DNA from: Planctomycetota bacterium
GTDB taxonomy: Bacteria; Planctomycetota; PLA2; JAEUHO01
Reading direction: 5' to 3'
Length of the DNA stretch: 64,000 bases
Assembly: GCA_030066775.1 (NCBI GenBank)
Contig: JASJAY010000001.1
Coordinates: 4,612 to 68,611 of the forward strand
Positions 54,643 through 64,000 of the stretch are shown here, in pieces. A program made the position numbers and the translations under genes. Under the pieces are notes generated by a model. That model saw nothing but the letters and a program-made list of their open reading frames with translations. It was not told the origin of the DNA and did not search any database. Within the stretch, counting starts at the first letter, position 1, and the number at the start of each line of letters is the position of its first letter.

Positions 54643-56210
54643 GTCGTCGCGACGACCCGGTGGCGCTGGCGCTCACGCGCGACTTGCTCGAGAGCGTGGC
54701 CGAGGAGATGGCGGCCGTGTGCATCCGCACCGCCGTGTCCCCGAACGTGAAGGACCGCCGCGACCTGAGCGCGGCCGTCTTCGATGCCAAGGGCGTGATG
54801 GTCGCCCATGCCGCGCACATCCCCGTGCACCTCGGCGCGATGCCCCTGTCCGTGCGCGCCGTGCTCGACACGTGCCCGCTCGAGCCCGGGGACGTCGCGC
54901 TCGTGAACGACCCGTACGCCGGCGGCACGCACCTGCCCGACATCACGGCCGTGCGCGCCGTCTTCGATCCCGCGACCCAACGCCGTGCGTTCCTCGTCGC
55001 GGTGCGCGCGCACCATGCCGACGTCGGCGGCGCGGTTCCCGGCTCGATGGCGCCGGCCGACGACGTGTACGCCGAGGGCCTGCGCATCCCGCCGGTCCGC
55101 TGGGTCGTGAACGAGACGCCGGATCCCGGCGTCACCTCCCTGCTGCTCTCGAACATGCGCGACGCGGACGAGCGGCGCGGGGACTTGGCCGCCCAGGCCG
55201 GCGCGCTGCGGCTCGGCGAACGCCGCTTGCGCGAGCTCGCCGCGGGCGCCGGCGGCCTCACGCGATTGGCGCGACGCGGCGCTTCGCTCGTGCGCTACGC
55301 CGGGCGGTTAGCCGCCGCGGCGCTCGAGCGATTGGCCGACGGCAGCGCGAAGGCGCGGCTCGACCTGGAGGTCGACGGCGTCGACGGCAAGCCCGCGCGC
55401 GTCGCCGTGCGACTCACCAAGCAAGGCACGCGTCTGACCGTCGACTTCAGCGGGACGACAGGGCCGGTCGGCATGGGCTTGAACGCGCCACGCGCCGTCA
55501 CCCAGAGCGCCGTCTACTACTTCGTGCGCTGCCTCTGTCCGGACGGGACACCGACGAACGACGGGCTGATGGAGCATGTCGACGTCGTGGTGCCCGACGG
55601 CTGCCTGCTGGCCGCACGCCCGCCCGCGCCGGTCGCGGGCGGCAACGTCGAGACGAGTCAGCGCGTCGTCGACGCCCTCTGGCTCGCAGCGGCGCGGCTG
55701 TGGCCGGGCCGGGTGCCCGCGCCCGGCTGCGGCACGATGTCGAACTGGACCTTCGGCCGTGCGCCCGACGGGCCGCCGATGCCCTCGTACTACGAGACGA
55801 TCCCCGGTGGGGCCGGCGGGGGTCCCGACGGGGCCGGCGCCGACGCGATCCAGCAGCACATGACGAACACGCGCGGCACGCCGGTCGAGGTGCTCGAGGC
55901 GCGCTGGCCGGTGCGCGTCGAGCGGCTGGCCCTCCGGCCGCGGAGCGGCGGAGCCGGCAAGCAGGCGGGCGGGCGCGGCGTGATCCGCGAGGTCCGCTTC
56001 CTCGAACCGGCCGTCGTCTCGCTGATGATGACGCGCCACGCCACGCCCCCGCCGGGCGTCGCCGGCGGCAAGCCCGGACGCGCGGGCCGCGTGACGCTCG
56101 TGCGCGGCGGTCGGGCCCGCCGCCTCGACCCCCGAGCGCGCGTGGACATCCGCCCCGGCGACGTGCTCCGGATCGAGACCCCGGGTGGCGGTGGTTGGGG
56201 GCGCCCTTGA
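54639..56210 (+). CDS. hyuB: Hydantoinase B/oxoprolinase family protein (N-methylhydantoinase B-like)
   Basis: HyuB-family blocks (VNDPYAGGTHLPDIT; GCGTMSNWTFG). ATGA overlap with hyuA. Start is internal to ORF 54588..56210. Confidence 0.85.
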   Translation: MSRRDDPVALALTRDLLESVAEEMAAVCIRTAVSPNVKDRRDLSAAVFDAKGVMVAHAAHIPVHLGAMPLSVRAVLDTCPLEPGDVALVNDPYAGGTHLPDITAVRAVFDPATQRRAFLVAVRAHHADVGGAVPGSMAPADDVYAEGLRIPPVRWVVNETPDPGVTSLLLSNMRDADERRGDLAAQAGALRLGERRLRELAAGAGGLTRLARRGASLVRYAGRLAAAALERLADGSAKARLDLEVDGVDGKPARVAVRLTKQGTRLTVDFSGTTGPVGMGLNAPRAVTQSAVYYFVRCLCPDGTPTNDGLMEHVDVVVPDGCLLAARPPAPVAGGNVETSQRVVDALWLAAARLWPGRVPAPGCGTMSNWTFGRAPDGPPMPSYYETIPGGAGGGPDGAGADAIQQHMTNTRGTPVEVLEARWPVRVERLALRPRSGGAGKQAGGRGVIREVRFLEPAVVSLMMTRHATPPPGVAGGKPGRAGRVTLVRGGRARRLDPRARVDIRPGDVLRIETPGGGGWGRP

Positions 56211-56285
56211 GTTGCGGGTACCCTGCGGGATCCCCGTGGAAGCAGGCGAGACGTGTCTTCTGGGGGGATCGGAGGGCCCGTTCGC

Positions 56286-57056
56286 ATGCGACCCGAGCTG
56301 CGCTGGTTGGTGATGACGATCCTGATCGTCGGCGTCCTGCTCGCCATCTCGGCGCTCGCCCTCGATCGCCCGAACGTGATCTGGAGCACGGACGGCCCGG
56401 CGTGCCCGGCGTGCCGCAGCGAGGTGGCCTTCCACGCCAACAAGTGCCAGGGCTGCGCCACGGACTTCGACTGGACGATCGCCCCCGATGACGTCAGCCC
56501 CATCTCGAACCACAGCCTGTCGCGACTCGAGGCCGACGAGCTGCGCGAGCACATCGAGCGCATCGGCGAGGACGCGGCCGCGCAGCTGATCGCGCGCAAG
56601 CTCGAGATCCCCGAGGAGCGCGCCAAGGCGTACCTCGAGTCCCTCGCGCGCGGGCGCTGCGGGTTCTGCGGCGGCACCGGCGACGACCTGGGGAGCACCC
56701 AGGAGACGAAGGACTGCCCCGTCTGCTTCGGCGACGAAAACTGCATCGCCTCCGGCGGCACGGGTCACAGCACCTGGGGCGACGAAGCCGCCGCGCGCGC
56801 CTTCGGGCGCCTCGAGCAGGAGATCCGCGCGCTCTCCCCGCGCCTGCCCAAGCCGATGCGTGCCAGCGAGCTCGAGCGCCTCGTGCGTGCGTTCCTCGCC
56901 GACCACCTCGGTACGACCCAGGCCGCCCGGCTGCCCTTCTGGCAGGACCTGATCCACGCGGAGGCGTCCGAGAACACGCCCCGCCGCGCAGCGGACGTCG
57001 GCCGCGCGCGCCTCGATCTCGTCATGACGTTCTTGCGAAACGCGGACGGCCCCTGA
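56286..57056 (+). CDS. Membrane-anchored hypothetical protein with two Cys4 zinc-ribbon-like motifs
   Basis: TM segment (WLVMTILIVGVLLAISALAL). CPACRSE...CQGCATDF and CGFCGGTGDD...CPVCFGDENC. Confidence 0.5.
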   Translation: MRPELRWLVMTILIVGVLLAISALALDRPNVIWSTDGPACPACRSEVAFHANKCQGCATDFDWTIAPDDVSPISNHSLSRLEADELREHIERIGEDAAAQLIARKLEIPEERAKAYLESLARGRCGFCGGTGDDLGSTQETKDCPVCFGDENCIASGGTGHSTWGDEAAARAFGRLEQEIRALSPRLPKPMRASELERLVRAFLADHLGTTQAARLPFWQDLIHAEASENTPRRAADVGRARLDLVMTFLRNADGP

Positions 57057-57151
57057 TCCGGGATTCGGTGCCCACCTCGCGCATTTGCAGTTTCCGAGGT
57101 CCCGAGGCCGGGGCACCCTGTGTGACGAGCCCGGAGGAGGGGCTCGCCCGC

Positions 57152-58555
57152 ATGCGCCGACGTCTTCCGCTCGTCGCCCTGCTCGTGGTCGTGCTCTTAG
57201 GCACGCTCGCGGCACGTCCGGCGCACGCCGCAGACGAGGTCCCGCGCGAGGCGCGGATGGCGTACCAGCAGTATCGCGCCGGCCAGGTCGAGGCCGCGCT
57301 GGCGACCAGCGAGCGGGCCGTCAAGCTGCACGAGCTCTCGTGCCCCGCATGGCGCGTGCGCGCGTGGATCCTCTCCCAGTCCGGGAACCGCCAGGGGGCG
57401 ATCGCCGCGTACGCCCGCGCCGTGCGCCTCGACCCGACCGACCCCATCTCGCAGAACAACCTGGGGGCCCTGGTGCTCGAGGTCGGTGACCTCGAGGCCG
57501 CGCTCAAGGCCTTCGAGGCGGCGCTGGCCGTACGCCCCAGCTACGCCGATGCGCTGAACAACCGCGGCGTCGTGCTCGAGCGCATGAAGCGCGCCCAGGA
57601 AGCCGAGGTGGCCTACGCCGAGGCGGCGCGCGTGGACCCGAGCCACGCGACGGCGCACAACAACCTGGGCGCGGCGCTCATGCGTCGCGGCGACCGCGCC
57701 GGGGCCGAGGCCGCGTTCCGGCGCTCGGCGGCGCTCGACCCCACGCTCGACGCCCCCGCGCTCAACCTGGCACTCCTGCAGGATCCGGCGCTCACCGATC
57801 GCGCGACCTTCGAGCGGCTCCTCGCGGCGGCCTCCATGCCGGGCGCGTCGGCCGCGCTGCGGGCGCGGGCGCTGGGCGCACGTGCCGCCCGAGCCGCCGA
57901 GGGCCAGAGCTGGGAAGAGGCGCGCCGGCTCTACCTCGAGGCGCTCGAGCTGGATCCCCGGAACGTGGACCTGCTCAACAACGTGGCCGTGGTCGAGGAC
58001 CAGCTCGGCATGGACCGCTTCGCGCTGCTGCACCTGAACGCCGCGCTCCGCATCCGTCCCGGCTTCCCCGTCGCGCGCAACAACCTCGGCATCGTCCACG
58101 TGCACCGCGGCGACCTGGCCCGCGCGAAGACCGAGTTCCTCGGCATCCTCGAGCAGGATCCCCGCTTCCACCGCGCGCACTACAACCTCGGCGTGATCTA
58201 CGTCAGCGAGGGCGACCTCACGCGCGCGCGGCAGAGCTTCCGGCAGGCTGCGCGGCTCGCACCCCGCGACGCCGCCGTTCGGTACAACCTCGCGCTGCTC
58301 GCACGCGAGTCCGGCGTCGGCATCGAGCAGGAGAAGCGCGCCTACGAGGCGGCCCTCGCGCTCGACGACACGCTGGCCGAAGCGCACCTCTCGCTCGGCG
58401 GCCTGTTGGCCGATCCCGACACGCCGCGCGAGATTCGCGACGAGGCCGCGGCGCGGCGCCATCTCCTACGCTTCCTCGAGCTCGTCCCCGCCGGCGACGA
58501 CGAAGGCCGTGCGCAAGCCAATCAATGGCTCGCGTGGTTGAACAGCCTGCGATAG
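57152..58555 (+). CDS. Secreted TPR-repeat protein
   Basis: Signal peptide MRRRLPLVALLVVVLLGTLAARPAHAA. About 10 TPR units (recurring A...NNLG..L...G....A...F..AL.L.P). Confidence 0.7.
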   Translation: MRRRLPLVALLVVVLLGTLAARPAHAADEVPREARMAYQQYRAGQVEAALATSERAVKLHELSCPAWRVRAWILSQSGNRQGAIAAYARAVRLDPTDPISQNNLGALVLEVGDLEAALKAFEAALAVRPSYADALNNRGVVLERMKRAQEAEVAYAEAARVDPSHATAHNNLGAALMRRGDRAGAEAAFRRSAALDPTLDAPALNLALLQDPALTDRATFERLLAAASMPGASAALRARALGARAARAAEGQSWEEARRLYLEALELDPRNVDLLNNVAVVEDQLGMDRFALLHLNAALRIRPGFPVARNNLGIVHVHRGDLARAKTEFLGILEQDPRFHRAHYNLGVIYVSEGDLTRARQSFRQAARLAPRDAAVRYNLALLARESGVGIEQEKRAYEAALALDDTLAEAHLSLGGLLADPDTPREIRDEAAARRHLLRFLELVPAGDDEGRAQANQWLAWLNSLR

Positions 58556-58565
58556 GGAGCGTGCC

Positions 58566-59495
58566 TCAGCGCAACGCGCGGCACATCCAGACGACGACGC
58601 CCGCCGGCTTGAAGCGCGACAGCGCCATGCGGATCGGCAGCATGTCGGGTCGCGGCGGCTCGAGCCGCACCTGGTCGTCCTGCACGTGCAGCAGGCGCAC
58701 GTGATCCTGGCCCTTGTGGTGGATCGCGACGAGGTCGCCGCTCTTGGGCTCGGCCAGGGGATCGATCAAGAGCAGGTCGCCCGCCTCGATGCGCGGGTAG
58801 GCGTCATCGCCCGAGACGCGCCAGAGGAACGCCTGCTCGTGCCACAGCGCGGGATCGACCGCGTGGTGGCCCGAGGGCTTGCCGCCGCGCGCGAGGTCGC
58901 CGTGGATCGGCAGCGTGCGCGGCCCGGCTTCCTCTTCTGTCGCGGTGTCCTCCGGGGCGTCGGTGGGGGCCTTGGCCAGCGCCGCGGGCAGCACCCGCGC
59001 GAGCATCTCGCGCTCGCGCCCGCTGGCCTCCTCCAGCACCTCGCCAGAGCGCCGCTCCGCGTCCTCCGGAGAGCGGGCCGTGCGCGCGCGCCCGAGCAGG
59101 CGTCCGAGCAGGCCGCGCTGGGCGGGGGAGAGGTCGAGGAACGACGTGGCCGCACTCACCGGTCCGCGGTGGGCCAGGTGGAAGAGCGTCGTGCTGAGCA
59201 GCCGGTCGCGGTGGCGCTGGGCGCTCTGTTCGTCGCGCTCGATCTTCTCGATCCGGCGGCGAATGGGGTCGGGGGCGCGCTCGAGGGCCGCCGCGTCCTG
59301 GAAGTGCTTCTCGCGGATCCCGAGCGCCTTGCACAGCCGGGTGATGACCGGCGAGCGCGGGGCCGGCTTGCGGCCCGACTCGATCATCGAGATGTAGGAG
59401 CCCGTGAGACCGGCCTTCTTGCCCAGGGCGTCCTGCGTCAGCCCCGCGCGCTTGCGGGCTCGCTTGAGCAGGACGGCGAACGAGAGCTGGGCCAC
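58566..59495 (-). CDS. XRE-family HTH regulator fused to a LexA/S24-peptidase-like C-terminal domain (catalytic Ser apparently replaced)
   Basis: N-terminal HTH_XRE (LLKRARKRAGLTQDALGKKAGLTGSYISMIESGRK). C-terminal S24-like beta domain where GDDAY stands in place of the GDSM serine motif. Confidence 0.7.
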   Translation of the reverse strand: MAQLSFAVLLKRARKRAGLTQDALGKKAGLTGSYISMIESGRKPAPRSPVITRLCKALGIREKHFQDAAALERAPDPIRRRIEKIERDEQSAQRHRDRLLSTTLFHLAHRGPVSAATSFLDLSPAQRGLLGRLLGRARTARSPEDAERRSGEVLEEASGREREMLARVLPAALAKAPTDAPEDTATEEEAGPRTLPIHGDLARGGKPSGHHAVDPALWHEQAFLWRVSGDDAYPRIEAGDLLLIDPLAEPKSGDLVAIHHKGQDHVRLLHVQDDQVRLEPPRPDMLPIRMALSRFKPAGVVVWMCRALR

Positions 59496-59555
59496 GCGCG
59501 CATCCTACCCGTATCGCTGAGATATCTACCCAGATAGTTATTTCTGGATTCGGAC

Positions 59556-59576
59556 TTGACTAACTAGTTAGTTTTG
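59556..59576. promoter_or_regulatory. Candidate operator: perfect 10 bp palindrome TAACTAGTTA (plus an AGATATCT palindrome at about 59519)
   Basis: ttgacTAACTAGTTAgtt lies 65 to 80 bp upstream of the GTG start of the divergent XRE-S24 gene, in an unusually AT-rich patch. Confidence 0.3.
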
Positions 59577-60171
59577 GCAGACTGGGCGCATCGGGGTTCA
59601 ACAGCTCGTATGGTTCGGGCACCCCGGTCGTGAGTCGATCCGGTTCCCAGGATTCACGAACGCCGCAAGGCAAGATGAGTCAGGGGAGGCAAGCGGGACA
59701 GGGCGCGAGGCCGAACGGGAACGGGTCGGACGGGCCCCACACCTTGACCCAGCCGGATGCGACTCAGCGGAGCCCCGCGGTCTTGGCCGCGGGGCTCCGC
59801 TCGTATCTGCGCCAAAGCCCGAACCCCATGCGAAAGAACCGGCACCCGATCCCGCCCAGAGAGACGGCGGGCGACGGTCGTCGGCGGAATGTGGCGCATT
59901 GATCGTGGCGGATTCGTACGAACGCTGCGCATCAAGGCAGGGTGAACGCGTGAAATCCCAATAAATGGGGCTTGCTGAGCAAGCCGCGGGCGACGGAAGC
60001 CGACCTGTTGGAAGGCACGGCGGCAAGGGGCACGCGATTTGGTCTAGTTGTCTCGTGAAGGGCGCGGATGCGTCCGGCACGGGACCGACGTCGCGGATGA
60101 CGGCTCCGCTTCCCGAAAGGGAAGCAACCCAGTCCGCCGGCGTGCGTCCAAGGAAGTAGAAAGCGAAACGG

Positions 60172-60600
60172 ATGGGGGCCATGGGGCGGCACACGAGCCA
60201 TCACGCACGGGCGACCGGCGTCTTCACGATCCTGATCGTGCTCCTGCTCGGCACGGGGACGGCCCTTGCCGGCGTGGGCGACTACCGCTGCGCCGACCCG
60301 AACAAGGTCTACTTCGGCAACGCCCGCCTGTTCCAGAAGCCTTGCGAGATCGACAGCGACCGGGTCTACAAGCACATCCCGGAGTACAAGGAGATCCTCG
60401 ACAAAGGCCTTACGGACAAGAGCCCCCGCTACCACTTCCTGATGCAGAAGGCCTCCGCGCGCTTCAACGACGCGGTCAAGCAGATGGCCCGCGACATGGA
60501 CCATGACCTCGTCGCTCAGAAGGGCATCGTGAAGAAGGCGAAGAAGGGGGCCAAGGACGTCCCCGACCGGACCGACGACGTCATCGCGAACCTGAAGTAG
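60172..60600 (+). CDS. Small secreted hypothetical protein
   Basis: Signal/TM segment (VFTILIVLLLGTGTALAGVG), then a Lys-rich hydrophilic 100 aa region with 2 Cys. Confidence 0.5.
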   Translation: MGAMGRHTSHHARATGVFTILIVLLLGTGTALAGVGDYRCADPNKVYFGNARLFQKPCEIDSDRVYKHIPEYKEILDKGLTDKSPRYHFLMQKASARFNDAVKQMARDMDHDLVAQKGIVKKAKKGAKDVPDRTDDVIANLK

Positions 60601-60603
60601 GCC

Positions 60604-61959
60604 TTGGGCCGGATGCGACGATCCCGGTCGCTCGCCTGTTCGCTGCTCGGATCCCTGTTGATCGTCCTCGCGGGCCCGGCCGTCGCCGATGAGCCGCCCG
60701 CCACCCCCGAACCCGTGCGCGAAGCGCCAGGCGCAGTGGCCGCCTTCGACCTCCAGGACGGCACGAGCCGGGTGCTGCTGCAGCCGGAGTTTCGCGAGGC
60801 CACCCTCCTCCGCACCGACCTCCTGGCGCTGAAGCTCGAGGGGCTGCGCGTCGAGCTCGTCACGCCCGTGGCGGTCCGGCCCACGCCCTTGTTCGACAAG
60901 GCGGCGCCGAAGACCGCGCCGGCGCGCCTGCTGCTCCTGGGGCCTCCGGACGTCGTCGCACGCGCGCAGGCGCACGCGCTGCGGCTGGACGTGCCGCCGC
61001 GGATGGTCTCCGTGTCCATACTGCTCTCGGAGGTACAGCGCAGCGGGGTCGACTCCACCGGCACGAGCTTGCTCTACGACAAGGACGGCGTCGGTGATCC
61101 GAAGGGCACGCTCTTCCGCTCCTTCGAGACCGGCTTCACGCCGGACCGCTTCCTCATCTCGTCGCTCACCGGCTCGCGCCCCTTCGAGGGCACGGCCGTG
61201 CGCCTCGGCGACGGCAACGTGCTCGGCGGCGCCTGGGAGACCACGCTGCGCATGCTCGCCAAGCGCGGCGAGGCGCAGTTCCTCGCGTGGCCGAACCTGC
61301 TCTGCGCCGAGGGGCGCCCCGCGGAGATCCAGACCGTCGAGAACCTGCCGCACATCCGTCTCGAGCAGGCGGGCACCGCGCCGAACGTGCGGCTGACGAG
61401 CGAGCAGGCGGGCCTCCGCCTCGCTGTGACCGCTCTGCGCGTCGGCGCCGAGCACGCCGTGCTCGACATCGACATGTGGCTGAACGTGCCCGAGGCCCCG
61501 GAACGAGCGAGCAGCTACCCGGGCGGGCTGCAGCTCAACACGCGGCGCGTGCGCACGCGCGTGACGGTGCGCGACGGCGAGCCGCTGCTCCTGGGCGGGC
61601 TCTTCCTGCGGCGCTGGGCGCACTTGCGCAAGGGGCTGCCGCGGCTCTCGGGCATGTCGCTGGTCGACCAGCTGCTCTTCGCCGACGACAAGAACTGCGT
61701 CGACACGGAGCTCGTGCTGCTCATTCGCGGCCGCATCCGCACGCCGAGTGCGGAAGCCGTCCGGCGTGCGCGCGATGCCGGACCGGTCATCTCGCGCAAG
61801 CGCCCGGAGGATCCGTGGAGCGACCCATGGCGGGTCGCCCCGGAGCCCGAATTGGAGGAGCCCCGGGATGCACCAAGGCACCCCGGGGCTCCGAAGAGCT
61901 CTGCGGATCTGACGACGCCGCCCGCAGGCGGCGCCGCCGTCTCACCGCTGGGCGGCTGA
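60604..61959 (+). CDS. Secretin-family outer-membrane channel protein (short GspD/PilQ/CpaC-like)
   Basis: Signal peptide. C-terminal secretin signature (VTVRDGEPLLLGGLF...GLPRLSGMSLVDQLLF). 451 aa. Confidence 0.6.
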   Translation: MGRMRRSRSLACSLLGSLLIVLAGPAVADEPPATPEPVREAPGAVAAFDLQDGTSRVLLQPEFREATLLRTDLLALKLEGLRVELVTPVAVRPTPLFDKAAPKTAPARLLLLGPPDVVARAQAHALRLDVPPRMVSVSILLSEVQRSGVDSTGTSLLYDKDGVGDPKGTLFRSFETGFTPDRFLISSLTGSRPFEGTAVRLGDGNVLGGAWETTLRMLAKRGEAQFLAWPNLLCAEGRPAEIQTVENLPHIRLEQAGTAPNVRLTSEQAGLRLAVTALRVGAEHAVLDIDMWLNVPEAPERASSYPGGLQLNTRRVRTRVTVRDGEPLLLGGLFLRRWAHLRKGLPRLSGMSLVDQLLFADDKNCVDTELVLLIRGRIRTPSAEAVRRARDAGPVISRKRPEDPWSDPWRVAPEPELEEPRDAPRHPGAPKSSADLTTPPAGGAAVSPLGG

Positions 61960-61960
61960 G

Positions 61961-64000
61961 CTACTCGCCACCGCGGTCGCCGCCACCACCACGGTCGCCG
62001 CCGCCACCGCCGTCACGGTCGCCGCCACGCCGGCGCGGACGCCGGTCGCCGCGATCGCCGCCACGGCCTCCGCGTCCACCGCGGTCGCCGCCGCGGCCTC
62101 CACGTCCGCCGCGATCGCCGCCGCGTCCGCCGCGCGGACCGCGCCCGCCACCGCCACGCGGACCGCGTCCGCCGCCGCCACGCGGCCGGCCTTCGCCCTC
62201 ACCGCGGGAGCGGCCTTCGCCGTCCTCGGGCACGCCTCCGGCCGGCACGGGCGCCGAAGCGTCCTCGCCGAGCTCGATCAGCGCCTGGCGCCGGGACAGC
62301 TTCACGCGGCCCGACTCGTCGATGTTGATGACCTTGACCTTGTGGAACTCGCCCATCTTGACGACGTCGTCGACCGAGCCGACGTAGCCGTCGGCCAGCT
62401 CGCTGACGTGGCACAGGCCGTCGAGGCCCGGGATGATCTCGAGGAACGCGCCGAAGTCGCGGATCGAGGTCACCTTGCCGTCGTAGATCTTGCCGAGCGT
62501 GGCCTCTGCGGTGCAGAGCTCCACCTGCTCGCGGGCCGCGAGCGCGGCATCCGCCTGGGTGGCGAAGATCTTCACGATGCCCTCGTCGTTGACCTCGACG
62601 GTGGCGCCCGTCTCCTCCTGGATGCGACGGATGTTCTTGCCGCCGGGGCCGATCAGCGCACCGATCTTGTCGGGGTTGATCTGCACCATCTCCACGCGCG
62701 GCGCGTGGCGGTTGTACTCCGCACGCGGACGCGGGATGGCCTTGAGCATCTCCCGGAGGATGTAGATCCGACCCTCGCGGGCCTGCTCGAGCGCGCGGCT
62801 GAGGAGCTCCGCCGTGACGCCGCTCATCTTGATGTCCATCTGCAGCGCGGTGATGCCGTTCTGCGTACCGGCCACCTTGAAGTCCATGTCGCCGGCATGG
62901 TCCTCGTCACCGAGGATGTCCGACAGCACGACCTGGTTGTCACCGTCGTCGACGAGACCCATGGCGATGCCGGCCACGGGACGCACGATCTGCACGCCCG
63001 CGTCCATGAGCGACAGGGTGTTGCCGCAGACCGAGGCCATCGAGGACGAGCCGTTCGACATCAGCACGTCGCTCACGACGCGCAGCGTGTACGGGAACTC
63101 CTGCATCGCCGGGAGCACCGGCAAGAGCGAACGCTCGGCCAGAGCACCGTGACCCACCTCGCGGCGCGACGGGCCGCGGATCGGCCGCGTCTCGCCCACG
63201 CACATGGGGGGGAAGTTGTAGTGAAGGTAGTACTTCTTTGTGTAGCTCTGCGCCGAGAGGCCGTCGACGAGCTTCTCGTCGAGCCCGGTGCCGAGCGTGG
63301 TCGTCACGAGCGCCTGCGTCTCGCCGCGCGTGAAGAGCGCCGAGCCGTGGGCACGGGGCAGGAGCCCCACCTCGACCGTGATGTCGCGCACCTTGTCGGG
63401 TGCACGTCCGTCGATGCGCGTGCCGGAGAGCACCGCCTTGCGGACGATCTCCTTCTCCAGCTTGCCGAAGGCGTCGCCGACCTGGCCCTTGGTGAGCCCG
63501 GCCTTCTCGTCCTCCTCGGTCGCGACCAACGCCTCGCGCGCGTCGTTGAGCACGGCGCGCTTGGCGGCGTTGCGCTCGAGCTTGGTCACGCTCTTGATCG
63601 CCGTCTCGAAGGCGTCGTAGTAGCCCTCGCGGACGACGTCGACGTGCGACTCGTCCTTCTCGGGCGGGGTGTACTCGGGGCGCGTCCAGCCGACCTTCTC
63701 GCGCAGCTCTTCGATGCCGGCGCAGATGTTCTTGATCACCTCGTGGGCGAACTCGAGCGCCGCGACGACGACCTCTTCGCTGACCTCGTTGGCGCCCGCC
63801 TCGACCATCGTGACGGCGTTCTTCGTGCCGGCCACGACCATGTCGAGGTGCGAGTTGGCCATGGTCTCGTTGTCGGGGAAGGCGACGAACTCACCATCGA
63901 CCAGACCCACGCGCACGGCCCCGATGGGGCCGAGGAACGGCAGGTTGCTGAGCGAGACCGCGGCGCTCGCGCCGTTGACGCTGAGCACGTCGGGGTCGTT
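61961..64000 (-). CDS. pnp: Polyribonucleotide nucleotidyltransferase (PNPase), partial (N-terminus beyond the window), with an Arg/Gly/Asp-rich C-terminal tail
   Basis: Second RNase PH domain, KH (IGPGGKNIRRIQEETGA) and S1 (GKVTSIRDFGAFLEI) domains, then an ~80 aa tail of RGG/GGDR repeats. Confidence 0.85.
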   Translation of the reverse strand, partial: NDPDVLSVNGASAAVSLSNLPFLGPIGAVRVGLVDGEFVAFPDNETMANSHLDMVVAGTKNAVTMVEAGANEVSEEVVVAALEFAHEVIKNICAGIEELREKVGWTRPEYTPPEKDESHVDVVREGYYDAFETAIKSVTKLERNAAKRAVLNDAREALVATEEDEKAGLTKGQVGDAFGKLEKEIVRKAVLSGTRIDGRAPDKVRDITVEVGLLPRAHGSALFTRGETQALVTTTLGTGLDEKLVDGLSAQSYTKKYYLHYNFPPMCVGETRPIRGPSRREVGHGALAERSLLPVLPAMQEFPYTLRVVSDVLMSNGSSSMASVCGNTLSLMDAGVQIVRPVAGIAMGLVDDGDNQVVLSDILGDEDHAGDMDFKVAGTQNGITALQMDIKMSGVTAELLSRALEQAREGRIYILREMLKAIPRPRAEYNRHAPRVEMVQINPDKIGALIGPGGKNIRRIQEETGATVEVNDEGIVKIFATQADAALAAREQVELCTAEATLGKIYDGKVTSIRDFGAFLEIIPGLDGLCHVSELADGYVGSVDDVVKMGEFHKVKVINIDESGRVKLSRRQALIELGEDASAPVPAGGVPEDGEGRSRGEGEGRPRGGGGRGPRGGGGRGPRGGRGGDRGGRGGRGGDRGGRGGRGGDRGDRRPRRRGGDRDGGGGGDRGGGGDRGGE

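Overview
This is a 64 kb, roughly 70% GC chromosomal segment. Its gene content (several hybrid histidine kinases, a sigma-54 enhancer-binding protein, SBBP-type and other beta-propeller repeat lipoproteins, a WD40-caspase fusion) points to Myxococcota; that assignment is inference only. Housekeeping genes (pruA, queA, queG, tRNA-Pro(GGG), gpsA, plsY, hyuA/hyuB, partial pnp) alternate with signalling and accessory genes: three orphan hybrid sensor kinases (one paired with a PhnD-like binding protein), a TPP-enzyme/aldehyde-dehydrogenase/methyltransferase-like operon, an ABC-2 exporter operon, an NtrC-type sigma-54 activator, small stress-fold proteins (DinB x2, AHSA1, NTF2-like, DUF1801, RibD_C), GNAT/APH/ABM accessory genes, a secreted WD40-caspase, an XRE-S24 repressor and a secretin-like protein. 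The strongest unexplained signal is the ~2 kb ORF-free gap between the sigma-54 activator and gpsA. It holds TGTGCAC palindromes, a GG-N10-GC sigma-54-type promoter, about 1.3 kb of GNRA/CUUG-hairpin-dense sequence and a canonical intrinsic terminator, which together suggest a long structured ncRNA. A second notable feature is a ~37 bp copy of the tRNA-Pro 3' end lying 3.5 kb downstream of the tRNA. The two copies bracket a single LamG-domain gene and look like the att remnant of an integrase-less island. All coordinates come from the supplied ORF track plus my own reading, and internal start-codon choices are approximate.
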